NCBI RefSeq assembly: GCF_964204645.1
Contig: NC_134026.1
Span: forward strand, 19,192,150 to 19,256,149
Reading direction: 5' to 3'
DNA length: 64,000 nucleotides
Source: Tubulanus polymorphus
Lineage: Eukaryota > Animalia > Nemertea
Shown: piece after piece, positions 38,301 to 53,300 of the stretch
Numbering within the stretch: the stretch's first letter is position 1
How the letters are laid out: each line of letters opens with the position of its first letter
Made by a program: the position numbers and the translations under genes
Notes under the pieces: generated by a model
The model's input: the letters and a program-made list of their open reading frames with translations, nothing else
Databases searched by the model: none
Told to the model about the DNA's origin: nothing

Positions 38301-41300
38301 GCCTCAATGTGATATAAAACACTCTAAAAAATTGAAACATTTTTGATTTGATGGATCCTAATGAATTTGTAATCAAACTAAATTTGTATCATGAGTTACC
38401 TCAATTTCTGTAGTTGTCTTATTGCTTCGATTCTTCTCAGATTCCTTTTGTTGAGCATCTTCGACCTTTCCAGTATCATTTTCATCGTTTTTATTGTCAT
38501 CCTCATTTTTGCTTTCACCTTCAATTGGTTTACTTGCTGCATCTTGTAGATTCTCCTTACTTTCTTTATCTTCTGTTTCAATATCTACGCTATTTTCTGC
38601 CTTGTCTGCTGCCTCACTTTTTTCGTCTCCCTTAATTTCGTTTTCTTTCACTTTGCTATCGTCTTCAGATTTCTCTTCCTCAGTAACCAACACAAGCGGT
38701 CTGTTACCAGTATCACCATACTGACCGAATATGCATAGTTTTAAAGGCGTTGTAGGTATGGCGTTTTCTTTTTCCTCTTCTTTGCCGAACTTGATATACA
38801 CACGATATTTGCGTACTGCAAGAAAACATGCAATTATGTCATAAAGAAACAGAGTGTACCTCCGTTAACCTAGAATCTTTTAATCTTGATTCTCTTGTAG
38901 TTTCTAATAGATTTGCTGTACTTCTACAAAAATTAGGACCAGTTGAATGTCAAATAGCCAGTTAGATATTTGCGCTGAGTATTTGATCACGAGCAACATT
39001 AAATCTAAAACCACAACGGACGTTTTATCAACTCTTAATTAATACTCCTATACATATTTCCGAAAAAAAATTAACTTAAATAACTTATTGAGCTAAATTC
39101 TTTAATCTTAAGATGAGTAGAAACATTCAATGGATATCTGGCGACAGTTTCGAACTTGTCACTAAAGACTGGTCTTAAACTGTTAGATTGCGTAAAGATG
39201 GTTTTTAGACTAGTATTCAATCGAAACCGTGACTGTGCAACTGGCCACTGGTATGTACAATGTATAATATTCAATATCATATAGCTGACATCATAACATG
39301 CACTAGTGCTAATACGGGTGAATGAAATATTTCAAAGCGTTTGGCTAAATCTGATATACTCACTTGGACGATTATTGAGAGGAAGGTCAAGACTTGACAG
39401 GGCCACTTCTTTAATACTTTTTTCGAATTGTGTCAACCAACAGTCAGCAGAGAACAGATACTCATCCAAGGTAGCTTTGTGAAGCAGTTTTATCTGTAAG
39501 AAATAAGCCGTAATGAAAATTCTGAACTTATTGCCACAAGCAGTTTAACTGCTAACAGGGTATCTTAGAAAATGTGTAACGGAAGCTTTAAGATTAATTA
39601 TTCATTAACTATTGGGGGGGGGGGGTAAGATTGGAGATGGATTTGTACAAAAACCAGAAAAAATATAAGGATTGTCGCATTGTCTATTCATTGTTAAATG
39701 ATCACCTGTATACCTACCTCATCTATATACCAAGATTCCCATTCAGGGGTGTCTTCTTTTGTTAACCTCACTTTAAATATATCACCAACATCACCAACAA
39801 ATGCCTGCTATAAAAGATATCAACCAATAAGAGAGAGTGAAACCACAATCAGCATTATTGAATAAGCAGCTCCGTGATACAGACCTCAAACTCATCCATA
39901 TATCCAGGACGGAAAAGTTCTTCTTGTTCTTGGTTGTCTTCAACAGGTTTGTGGAGAACAATTTCATCACTTTTGCCGTCAACACCGTACACGGTAAGGA
40001 AGGCTTTGTGACCATAAGAAGGCATGGATCCTACATGCGTTTTCACCCAAATCTTATATTCTCCCTCTGAAAATATTAGGCTCCAGGTTCATTTTAGACG
40101 ATGGCTGGGGAAGGACAGAGAAGCACCATATAAAGCAAAATGAATCTACTGCCACTTGGGGATTTGAACCAATTAATAAATTTTTGAAACCAGTAAAAGA
40201 CTAAAATTCAGTCACTTTCGTACACCTCTGAAAATCATAATCTACCTGTAGATTACAATAAAACCAAAACCATTGTGAATGTTGTTCGTTTCCTACTGCT
40301 GTTTAAATCAAATACAAAATAAAGAGACAAATGTCTTACTTTTCTGCACTTCAAGCTCACGTTCGATCAGAGAGTCACCTTGACCTTCATCCAACCATTG
40401 TTTACACGGGAAATACCATTCTAGTATTTCTCCATGTTCTCCAGCTTCAGCCCTAACGATTACTTTATCACAATACCATCCTGCTCCTGATGCATGAAAT
40501 GAATAACATGTAACAAGCTATGAGAATAAGATCGTGTACGGGATTGTAACTGAATCACCAATTTGAGATATCAAGCAAAAAGCACATGATTTCAAAAGTT
40601 CACTGGCATCAACGGATAAAATTCAATTTCAATCGCTTAACATAGGATTTTGACATTGTGTATGCCGTACAACAACATACAACATATCAATTGATATATC
40701 CTGTCTTGTACATTGGTGTCAAACTTACCCGAGCCATCACCATCATGACCGATTACAACTGTCTTCAGGTCCCCTAACAATACTGCATCAAGGTCAAATA
40801 CATCTATGCCACCCAGCTGGAACTTTGATTGATCCATTTTGTTCTTAACTAAAGTTCTTTTACCACTATCGCCATGATCACCATTTAGAGTGATATAGAT
40901 ATTCGCATCTGTATCCGATCCTGGCTCTTTTCCAGTCTGTACCTCAATGACATATGTGATAACTGAAAGAGAAATCAAGGAAAACTAGAGTTTACAAGTG
41001 TCCACCAAGGTCATCAGATTCTAATCTCACTGTGGGTGGATAAGGATAGATCTAATTCTCTAACATTATATCTTATCAGTAAAATCAGCCTCTATACCAT
41101 TTAAATCCCCAGAATCCACAGTTTCATAAAAAAGTTAAGCTTGAAATACAGGATGCGGACCAGAGGGGGTTTGAATCCCCCCTTTTCCGATCAATTTATT
41201 GCTCTTCTTAGTAATCACTGGTGAAAAATTCCACCCAACATTAATCTATGACAAAGGCCAACTGTATTTTTTTATTCAATAATTGCATACTAATGCAACT

Positions 41301-44300
41301 AAATTTTCTAAATTTTTTGAGGACTCCTAGACCCGTACAAGCACTTCATGCCTTTGGCACTTGCCGGGCCACCTGCCACAAGACTATTGAGTACCCTCTT
41401 CATTTGAGCTGGATCAGCCTGGATCCCCCTGAAACAGTTTGATTTATATCTGAATTGTTGTCCTCATTGAAAACATAAAGCAATAGCAACTTAACCCAAA
41501 CACAGTTTTAACTTTTTCGTAGAACCAGACAGACCAAGTACTCAGTTGCACTCACTTGATTATAGAGTAAATTTTCATTTTTTTTCAATGTCGTATGGTG
41601 AAATTCTAACCCACAACTGGCTCCTCCTGTGTTGGAAGTACAATGTAGAAACTATTTGATAGACTAACCTGGATATTCTTCTTGTGCCGGTCTGACAACT
41701 GGCAGTTCACGCCAAACATCACAGTCTTCATGAGCCGAAGAGAGCCATCTATTAACGTGGAAAATGACAGTCTCACGATTCACCAAGTCACGCATTTTTA
41801 CCTTCTCGATGTACCACGTTCCCTCAGCAACTTTATTCTCATGACCGATTCTTATTTTGTAAAGTTTTCCAATCTCAGTTCCGAGATCAATCTACAATTA
41901 ATAATTTATTTGAATAGAAATGTGAAAAAAAAGTAATCCATGAAAAGATTGCAAATGTATTATATTTAGGTTGATGTATAGTATCATGTAATTCTAACTA
42001 TTCCTAAGATTTTTCCTGCACATACCAAAGGCTGGACTTAACCTATTCTAATCTTCCAGTCCAAGTTAACAGGAATAGAATGTGCTGGATCTGGATAGCC
42101 AAACTTAAGTTGACTTACTTTGAATTCATCAGTATTTCCAGCCTCAAAGAGTCCTCCATCTGAACCAGTGCCAAGACTAACAGGACCACTGATACCACTA
42201 TCTCCATAAGCATAGAGAATCACTTCATTCTTCATTAAGATATTCTCCTCTTTGCCAGTTGTTACCCATATCTTCCATTCACCCTCTGAATAAATTTAAG
42301 ATACAAAAACATTGTATGTACTAATCTAAATCCTTTGACTGAATCCAAACATCAAAATTATCATTGAGTGTCGTATTTTATTTCAAATGAACAAATGTTG
42401 GGTACAATGGCAATAAGTTATAAATCAATACGTTTCCATGCCTAACACCCATGAAATTGATGTTTAAAAACATGTCATGGACAAATATTATTAAAGCTTT
42501 ATCTATTTCGTATAATGGTTGAAGTTTTCTCTAGAAGAGTTTGTTCCCACTACCAGCCAAAGATAAAAAGCCAAAAGAAATCTCATCATTGGTAATGGTA
42601 TAGCCTTAGTACGACGTAAGTCAACTACAAGATATATTGAAATGTGTTGAGTAATCTGAAGATTTAATCAAATTTGAGTTAATCATTCTTTGAGCTATGA
42701 TTGTTAATTTTAAGTACGTGATTTTAAGTAAGTAATATTCATTCCTCAAATACCATTAATTCAACACAAAATTTTAACATCAGTATTCACCTTTAGCATC
42801 TTCATTTTCTGCTTCCTCTTCTATAGGGCGTTCTTCTACAAGTAAAACAGAGTTGAAAATTAAAGAGACACGAAAGAACTAAACTGATCATGTTAACATT
42901 AACTCTGAATGTCTGTGATTTGAAAAATACGTAACTTTTCCTTGTTTTAATTCAAAATCATTTTTCAAGTTTTGCTAAGAAAAAAGAGTACAGTAGACTC
43001 TGATTTACTCAGGAGCATTTGGACTGAAAATATTTCTCCCGTCGGGAATCAGAGAAATCAGGAGAATCGCCAAGATTATTTGTAAAATTCACCAACTTCA
43101 GTTCAGAAGTTCCCTGCTAACAAGTAAGAAGGAGTCTACTTCGATTTATCAACAATATCAATTAATCATTTGATGATCAGTGAAAATGGACAAAATCCAT
43201 TAGATATTCATTAACCCTTTCACTGCTGACTAATCAATATCCGAAAGTGCTGGAGATGATTTGAAAATTTTCTTAGATTTTCAGCTCAGTGTGTTGAATA
43301 ACAGGCACACCGCTATATATTGCGTCTACACCATGGTACGGTGTATCATTAGTTACCAATATTTCACTATGTTTGACAGGTGTTGCCATCATTCAATAGA
43401 TAAAAACTAATCAGTGATAACATCAACACGCGATGCAGTGACTACTAGCAAAGTCAATCACCACTTTACACACCGCGCCACAGTGTAGAGGCGCTGAAAG
43501 GGTTAATATGAAAATAAAAGCACATTTTAAGAGCTGCAAAAAGAGATACAGAAACCAAGTTGATTAATTAATGAGTTAGGTCACAGTATTTTAAAAGAAT
43601 CAGCAATAAAATGCAGTTGGTATATCATATGTTATGTTAGCGTATAGTAAAAATAGAATTATTAATAATTGGCCAGAGGAAAATTGAAATGCTGAAAATG
43701 TTCAATAAAGTAATGAATGATAATGGTAGAATACGGTCCTTATCTTAGACAATAAAAGCAATGATTCCCATAAAAGCAAATACATTAGAATAAATTTCAA
43801 CTTTAATTCATATTGAACGAGCCTGTTTATGGGTTCAGTTCATTTAAAAGAGAAGCCTGAAAAAGGAACAATGAAATATAGTGAAATACTAAAGATTATT
43901 ATTCCATACCCTCATCAACCGCTGTAATGCAAAATAAAGATTCATGATTAATAATCAGGTAAAGATGATAACAAAAAATAGACAAAGACTTGATTTCATT
44001 CTGATGATTTTATTTTTCTAAAGTAAAATAACGAGTTTTACAACATTATTTGATTCTAATAGAAGGCATCATTATTGTTACCTGCTACCAATTTTTCTAT
44101 TTCTGGCTCAGCTGTCACTGTTCAATAACGATATAAACAAAAGAAAGACTCGAATTAACTTGATTTTTCTGACAATCACATTCAAGATGTTAAAGCAAAT
44201 CTGAATTGATCGGTGATGGCTTATCCTTAAAACAGCCACAAACGAGATCGCAAATTACCATAGTGATGTACATAGAATTACCGATGAATGAGCTTTCAAG

Positions 44301-47300
44301 CTAAAAGGCTTATTGTTAATGAATCAAATCACTTTGTAATTAGATGTCATTTGGGGATTTGATGAGCCATCTTTTCTGGAAGATTCTCTCTAAATGTACC
44401 TGGACGAGGTGAACTTGATTTGTCGTGTGTTTCGAATGCAATGGGAGAAGTTGCTTCATCAATTTGAACTGGTTTTTGCTCAGAGGCCATGTCATTGCAG
44501 ATAGGAGACAAAGCCACGTCATTCGTTTCCAATTCCATAGGCGAAAGCGCAATATCTTGGCTCTCTATCTGATCAGTAACTGTGCTCGAGTCTTCCGTTT
44601 CTATTGAAGGCGAACAGATACCGGTATCATCGGACATGATTTCCTGTATCGGCGATATCGCCGTGTCCTGCATTACCAATTTCATGGGAAGCTGAATGAT
44701 TGAAATTGGTGATACAGATGCATCCTTTGTTTCAAACGTCTGGTTCGGACATGGTGATGTTCCTACATCTTCATATATTATGCTCAAAGGTGACAAATTT
44801 ACGTCGACAAATTGGACAGCATCTTCGTCCATACAACATGGTGACAATCCGATATCTTCAACCGCGATGTAAATAGGGGATGTAGCAATGTCTACAAATT
44901 CCCTACCATCATCTTCGGAGTCAGCTGCATTAAATTCATACATAGAACATTAAAAAACCTCTGATAATATATAAAAAGATTTCAGTCATTTCCATGGATG
45001 TTTTTCATTGTCAGCATGGAAATAACCAACAATATGTCTCAAGGCTCCAACTCCCAAATAAATGTACATGTACAACAAAATACAACAAGGACATTGAAAT
45101 TGACTGATGGGGCCAGAACCATTGACCGAGTATGTGTGCTGAGAATTTCAATAGAATTTATAGAGAAGTTCACTTCACCAGATTAGCTTGGGATAATCAA
45201 TCTTAAAATTTCAAAATTCTACCAAAAATTGATAGACTGGCCAAATTCCAAATGTTTATGTACATCATGCATCCATTAACCTCAATTTACCTTTATTTGC
45301 CTTGTCTTCTTGAAGAGCCTTATCTTTTTTAGGCAACACAACAAATATAGGTGACGTTGCCCGTTCCGTTAAATTTTCATTCATCCCTGGACTGACACAT
45401 GGTGATGTATTAGTCCCTATAGCAACTGGGGTTCCACATATTGAGGTATTTGTAGCTATCTCCACAGGACTATTGCGCAATGAAGTATTTGTGCTGGCGT
45501 TGGAGAGATTGACTAAAAAGAAGGGCGATGTAGCAACTTCCCGAATATCAGGAACTTCAGTCATAGTTCCGCCCGAAAGCATTTCGGTCACAATCGGGGA
45601 CGTAGCCATTTCAGCGATGACGAGCGATGTATTCGTTGCCATATCGACTGGTGTATTTGAATTCGACATTGTGGTTTCGTTATTAGTATATTCAACAACA
45701 AGATTGGGTGTAGTGTTCGTCTCTCGGTCAATTGTAACCACTGATCGTTTCTCAAATGGATCGATTGTTCGAAATGGAGATGTGGCCGTCTCAACTAGGC
45801 TACATTTGTCTGCACATACCCCCGTATCGGACAAATTGATTTGGCTGTTACATTTAGAGGTCATGGTATAATTGTCAATGAATTTTTGTTCTGTCAAAGA
45901 GATGCTACAAACTGAGGATTTAGACGATGTTGAAACGGCATTGAGTGGCGAACTGCACCTTGTATCATTAACCGAGGAGCAAACTGGTGATAGATCAGTT
46001 TCCAGTAATTCCTCTAGAGGATCGGTGTTGGTCCCAATTTCGATCCCAATTCGTGTCTTCATAAGCGGTGAAACCAACTTTCTCCTAATAACATCATTTG
46101 TAGTATCATTAGTGTCATACTGAATAGAAAAGACTGGAGATGTGGCAGCATCAAGAGATGTATAGATAGAAGTATTTGTAGCTATGTCAACTTGGGAACT
46201 TTGTTGAGATAATGCAGTTGAGGCTGGAAATAATGAAGTTGGTGATGTAGCAGCAGTAGTAAAATTGGTGAAGTCTAATGGTGAAGTTGCTTGGTCAATA
46301 GGTGATGTTCTATATGTATTTGTAGCTATGTCAACATGGGAACTCGGGTGTGATAATGCAGTTGAAGCCGGTAACAATGAGGCTGGTGATGTAGCCATAG
46401 TGTTAAAGTTGGAGAAATCTAACGGTGAAGTTGCTTGTTCCACAAGTGAGGACCTATATGTATTTGTAGCAATGTCAACTTGGGAGCTTGGTCGAGATAA
46501 TGGTGATGATTCTGGAACTGGTGTAGCTGTTGATGTAGCTATAGTGTTGAAATTGTTGAAATCTAATGGTGAAGTTGCTTGGTCAACCGGTGAGGGTCTA
46601 TATGTATCCGTAGCTATGTCGACATGGGAGCTCGGTCGAGATGATGGTGAAGAATCTGGAACCGGTGAAGCTGGTGATATAGCTATCGTGTTAAAATTGG
46701 AGAAATCTAACGGTGAAGTTGCTTGGTCCACAAGTGAGGACCTAAATGTATTTGTAGCTAGGCCAACTTGGGAACTTGGTCGAGATAATGCAGTTGAAGC
46801 CGGAAATAATGGAGCTGATGATGTAGCTACAGTGTTGAAATTGGAAAAATCTATGGGTGAAGTTGCTTCGTCAACTGGTGAGGGTCTATATGTATCTGTA
46901 GCAATGTCTACTTGAGAGTTTTGTCGAGATAATGGTGATGATTCTGGAACCGGTGTAGCTGGTAATGTGGCTATAGGGTTAAGATCGGAGAAATCTAATG
47001 GTGAAGTTGCGTGGTCAACTGGTGATGGTCTAGATGTGTTGGTAGCAATGTCCATGGGAGTATTACAAGGAGTAACACCAACTGCTATATCTACCGGTGT
47101 GTTAAAACGCATTGTATTCGTGCCGACCTCCGACCAAAAAGGAGTTTCCCGATGCCCAACAACAGATGTATGTTCTTGAGTTGTATACGGTGAATCAGAA
47201 TTTGTGTGCACTGTAGGAAGGAAAGATTGATTTGATACGTATGTTTATACAAGAAAGCGCGCTTCACAGCCAAGATCCCTGCTCAGCACAAGTAATCAGC

Positions 47301-50300
47301 AAGCTCGTCATTCTATTTGCTAGTGAGGTTATGATGTATGGCCTGATTAGGTTATAGCATTTTGAGAGTAAAAATGCACTGCTATGTTGGCCTGCGCATA
47401 TAACAAAGTGGTAAGTAACGATTTTGAATAAATATGGAGAATTGTTCTGTATTTGGAAGCAATTAACAGAAGCATACTCATATGCTGTTACACATTTTCA
47501 AAATGAGCTTTTAGACAGATGGCAAGCCAAACAAGATGGGTGCTGAAGCACATATCCGTTGCTTGGTCTGGTGCAGAATTTGAAGAACTGTAGTTCCTTT
47601 GCGATGTTACACTATAACAACTACATTTTTCTCTCTCCATTCACAGCATCTCATAAAATGGCCCATGCTTCTGGAGCTACATGCTGAGCTGGATTCTTAG
47701 CGCAAAAAGCTAGCTTCATATAAAAATAATTGCACAATTCCAAATGATTCATTTAAGTTCACGCATGTTTTACTTGATTTTTACCATATACCTGGAATAT
47801 ATCTTGAGGACGATTCATCCTCTGGTAAAGGTTCTTCATCATCAAATGAGACAGTTCTAGTTCTAGTTCTACGTTGAGACAACTGCACAATATCAACTGC
47901 TACAACTCAAAGAGGACAGCAAGACTCCTGAATCTCAGAACTAACGTGATCGAATTTTGATGAATCACATTCATTCGTATTTGTTACACAGTGATACAAA
48001 TTTATTGATGATTTCAAACGATATCTCAACGAGTCAATTTTGAAGACAGCATAAATGGCATGAAAAACCACATTATTCAAAATCAAAAGCAAAACTACAA
48101 GAATGATGAAAGCCCATTCAAATCTTTGCGAAAAACTTTTGGATCACCAAAATAAAGCGGAAATGAATCAAGTAAAATGGCAAATATTTACATGTCATTG
48201 ATTTGTACAAATGAATGTATGACCTGAGGAATAGTAGGGAAATGTACAAATATCACGAGGAAACTTTTCATAAATGCAAAGAAAGTCTAAAATGACTACA
48301 ATCAGCACTAACTTCACCTCACTAAAGCTGAATTATATCAATTTGAAATATGAAATATCTACCTTCATCATCATTATCCGCATCTGTTCATAGAGATGAA
48401 TAAATGAATATGAAATTTGTTAGTTCTGTAGGTTTTCCTGATGAAAAGATCTCCATAGGGAAAGCTGTTTTGTCTGTTTGTTATGGCTGAGGAGATAAGA
48501 CAAATCAGTGCAACAGTTATAAAACATTTTGTATGGCTTTTTGGTGGCCAGTTCGCACTTGTTTCCAACAGATCTGCAGATGTCCATGTGGATATTATAG
48601 ACCCAAGTTTATTACAATGGTCAGACCAGCAACAAAATGTTGTGATTGCAATAAAAACATTGATTACTTAACGATAAAGACTTGGAACGACAAAGATTTG
48701 GAAGACGCTGAACATCAATTCAATTCAAGGCCCAGTATGACAATGCAGAAAGAACAGCAAACCTCACTGAAATATCATCCAATCATATGTACATATGCGG
48801 ATGCGAGAAATCACATTTTCACAATTATTGAACAAACTTTTCACCATGCGATGCACAACCAATGCAGAATTCAGCATGCTAATCAACAATGAACTCACCC
48901 ATATGAAGACGCAAGTTAAGTAATGAGATATATTTTTCTATATCAGGCACAGCCCTACGTTTCTTCAGTGGACGATGACGTTGCTGTGAAATATTTGATA
49001 TTGGTTGTTCTGCAGATCGCAGGTCATCAAAGAAAAATAAAAACGATGTAATACATACATACATGTAGAAGATATCATCACTGATAGCGATATGTGGGGA
49101 TTCAGTTGGATTCATTAGAAATTTATTGTTGGTCATTTTTTTCTATTTTCTAATACAGTCATAGGCTTTGTCATCGTAGAGAATAATAGGAAAGAAGTTC
49201 TGGTGAACAATATTTTCAGAAGAGCTAATATCACAAATGATTTGATGGATTCTATAATTCAACGTTTCTATGATTAAAAGAAATTAGTAGTCTGGAACTG
49301 CTGGATTTGTTTTGTAATTTCTTGTAGAGGTTTGTTGCAAGTATGTAAATTGACTAGCCTTAGGGCAATCATTGGTTCCTTCTATTATAGGGTATATTAT
49401 AGGGTATATTATATGGTATATTATCAAGTATGTTATAGGGATTTAAAGGGTTGTATTGGTCTCCAAAAATATTGCATTAGTAATTCCATTTTTAATTATC
49501 TACGTATTCATAATTCTATGTACAGGATTATATATATTTGTAGCTAGTAACCACAGAAAAGACTTTTCCTGTTTATCTAATCAACTAATTAACAAATGTT
49601 TGCCAATTATTACACTAGTCTCTTAAACATGTCATAAACCTATTCAATGATTATCTATATGTTAATGTTCATAAAACCAGTAACTGTAACCATATTCTCT
49701 AGTAAACAATGTTGCTACAGACTGAGTGACTCTTGTAATTAAGTTGAACAATTAAAGTTATTTCTACCACTGTAAAACAAAGACTGACCAATCGTACACG
49801 AGGGTTTGACCAGTCATCTTGGGGGAGTGGCCTAAATCATCTTCCTGTGGTTTGGCTCGGGTTAGGTCATTCTACCTCTGGACGTAAAATAAACTGGTCA
49901 TATTTTATATATTTGTTTATCATCAATTTTAGGTAAGTCAATCTTTGCATGTTTCAACTATGTATTTTGTATATTGTATTAAACTAAAACATCATAATAT
50001 AGGCCTAGATAAACTTTACTGTATTCGACTCATTTAGATTCACTATATCATAATCATTCAACATTCATGTTAATCATCTATAGTTCTATCATATTCAAAA
50101 CATTATGTACACCTATCATATCTATTACACTGTAAAATGATTCTACCTTTAATCTTAGTGAATCTTGACGAACCCGACTATAATACTTCTTTCTGCGGAG
50201 AAATCGTACCAGAAATCATTGTCGGAGTTAAGGAATGTCTGACACATATGCAGATAAGAGACTGTTTAAATGGAATCCATATGTTAGCATCATTTCTATG

Positions 50301-53300
50301 TTATAAGGCAAGTTTTACTGGATATCACTTGAAGATTACCAGTACATGTACATTCATATGAAAATTTACATATTCTTTTTAAAATCTACAAGTGAAAATA
50401 TTCGTGGAAAAACTATCGTTTACCACTTTTTATAGATTTGGTATCATCCATGAAATAAACACATGTCGCTAATGGCTTCCATTGTTTGAAGGTTATTGGA
50501 TGCATGCAGTCAGGAATCATGCAGGATTTTGTGGGTAGTTCGTGGTTATGAGCTGAATGTGAAGGGGGTGGCATGATAAGCGAGGATTGAATTTCAAATA
50601 GAAATCCGATATGTAATGGGTATATGGAAGACCTTCCAGAAAAGATAGCTACCTCCATCAAGCCCCTGGCACCAGTAATTACCCAATTACCATGACATTT
50701 AATTAATTTCCATTAAGCTTTTTAACCAATCTAATGAATCATTTTGATGTCATTAGAGGACTTTCAGACACAGCCATCTTTTCTAAACTGTAAATGGCAA
50801 AGCGAGCTGCACATCTTAGGAGTATTTTCTTCACAGCACTCATTTAGCTTGTACAATTAAAGAAGGTGTGGCACACATTTTTCGAGCTGACATAATCTTA
50901 CAGGGTGGGAGCAAGGTATCAAAGCATTTTTGACTCAAAATCAGGCCAGTTTTTAGCCCACACATACCCGGTTTTGCTCGTTGACCATTGTCCGCCTGAT
51001 GATTTGGTAAATGCCAGATAAGTGCATGCCGGATTAACTTCAAACTTGTGCAGCAAGCTTTTTACGATGGAGATGTAGGGGCACATTCAAAATATTTGTG
51101 AAAACTTGCCCCTACGTGATGGTTAACAAAACATAAAGGAGACAAAAAACAACACAATCAAAACAAACGAATGCTTTTTCAATTCTTGGTATGTATCAAA
51201 TAAAAACGATATTTACATACATGCAGACGACAAGACTGGCTACATTTGGTTGATCTTGATTGGTTGGTCAATGTCAGAGCAACAGAACGATAAAACAGGT
51301 GCAAGCAGGGTGCAAGGGTTAGATGGATTGTTTATTTGCAAAAACATTGAAAAAAAAATCAACAAAACGCATACAACATCTATTGTTTGTGAATCATATC
51401 ATTACAATGATTTCACACTCAAACTAATTGCAGAGTATGGAACAATTCTACTACTTGTACGCAAACATAAATATAAATTTGATAAATACATACAGTAAAT
51501 ACATTTTTGATTTTCTTGCTCAGGTTTTCAAGCCCAAAATACAGTGGAACCTTGGAACAGGGAGCCAAACAATATGTTTGTTGGAATAACATTGGAATAA
51601 CCATTCTGATAGAATCATAACTCCAAAGTTATAACTGATATCATATTGCTGCAGTTTTTCATAACAAGGCTCTACTGTATTGCTAAATATCTATATAAAA
51701 TAAAATCTCATTCATCAGTAAATTCATGGCAACTATAATCTACATAACAATGACTACAATTATATCACAATATCAATTGCGTTATTTATGTCTCTAGTTA
51801 GGGTATAATGGAATTATATCTAGTCATAAATGTAATCTAAACTTTTCTATCCTTAGATATTCAATCAGAAAATTTGTACAGAGAAATCAGTAAACTTCCT
51901 ATTGTCTGATGATATATAAGAATATTTCTCGACAAAAAATAAAGCCTATTTTCTGATGATATATAAGAATATTTCTCGACAAAAAATAAAGCCTTTTTGA
52001 ACTCAGTACTATCATAAGCCCTGAGTAACAAGCATATAAAACATCACAATATCTATATTTTATTTAAGCTGTAATCACACAAGAAGCATTTTTGACGAAA
52101 CCTTTTGGCCAAATTAAATTTGGCCCATGCCAGATCAAGCCTGGGTAAAACCATATACACCGATGCCAAATGGGTTCATGCCTGTTTCACGCAGAACCAA
52201 TTTGATCCGACCAAAATTGTAAAACCAGGCCCCACGCCAAATCTTAGCTCGGGCGTGAATGCTAACTGAAAGGACTCACCTTACTTGCCACAGCCTTGTT
52301 TTTATAACATCTTAGTATAACGTGAGTGATTTACGTGTGAACATCCTTTCTATTTGAGCATGGGCCAAATTCTGGTCTTTAGCTAGTTTGGCAAAATCGT
52401 CTCTATGTGATCACTGGATGTCAATCATCACCAAAAAATGTTCTCATCCAAATTCTCTCAACGAGCTACGATTAAAAACAACTGATCAAGAAGCCAAATC
52501 GTTCCAGAAAAAGTTTCTCTAAAGCTTAAGCCAAATAAAACTTTCGAAATTTCAATAACCATTTTCCTTTTGGTATGTATCAAATCATTGCAACATCAAG
52601 ACAACATTGGTTACTTTTACAATTCTATTTCCATTTCTTCCTCAACAGGGTATGATGAGACATTGCACAAGATGATGTTTTCTTAATGAAAACTGAGGGG
52701 CTTATCTGACATCCCCCTACCAATTGACCGAACCGACTCTTTCTATTGGCCAGATATGCCTTTTCTCATGATTCAGGGTAACACTAGTTACACTTGGGCT
52801 TAATAGGTGTAATCATCGAATAGAGTTAGGAAAATTGATATACATCCTAAACACCTTGAATAGGGTAGGGCAAATGATTTTGTCCATTTCCTCAAGAGCA
52901 TCAAGTTTATACTAATGTATCACCACCCAATATCCTTTAAAATCCCGTATTCCTAACGCGTTAGGTCATCAAATAGGTCATAAGAAAGTCTTATGCCATT
53001 TTTTTTTGTGGGCATTGCACACCAACATTCAACACGTGAAAAAGTTTTTCTGTGTTTGTTTGATGCGGTGTGTGAAAGGCTTAAATAAAACTCCCTCGTG
53101 TATTTGAGAAATTCAATGATTCCCAACATTTAGCTGAATTGATAAAACACAGTATACATTGACATTGTACATACATAATGTCCCAATAATGGAATATTTT
53201 GGTGATTATTGACATCCGTACACTGATAGACAATAGATTCGCAACAAGATGGACATTTCACTTCGCACAATATCAACATCTATTAACTCACCAAACGGAG

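Noticed and set aside
45473-47179. Plus-strand ORFs up to 216 aa
   Set aside because: Antisense shadows of the repetitive Ser/Thr/Pro exon on the minus strand
48533-48892. Cys-containing plus-strand ORF (CRCPCG..CCDC) as a nested gene
   Set aside because: No convincing exon chain or recognisable domain spacing
49780-51240. Further candidate linker micro-exons (~49800, ~50147, ~51221)
   Set aside because: Contain stops or break the phase 1-1 frame; no consistent chain found
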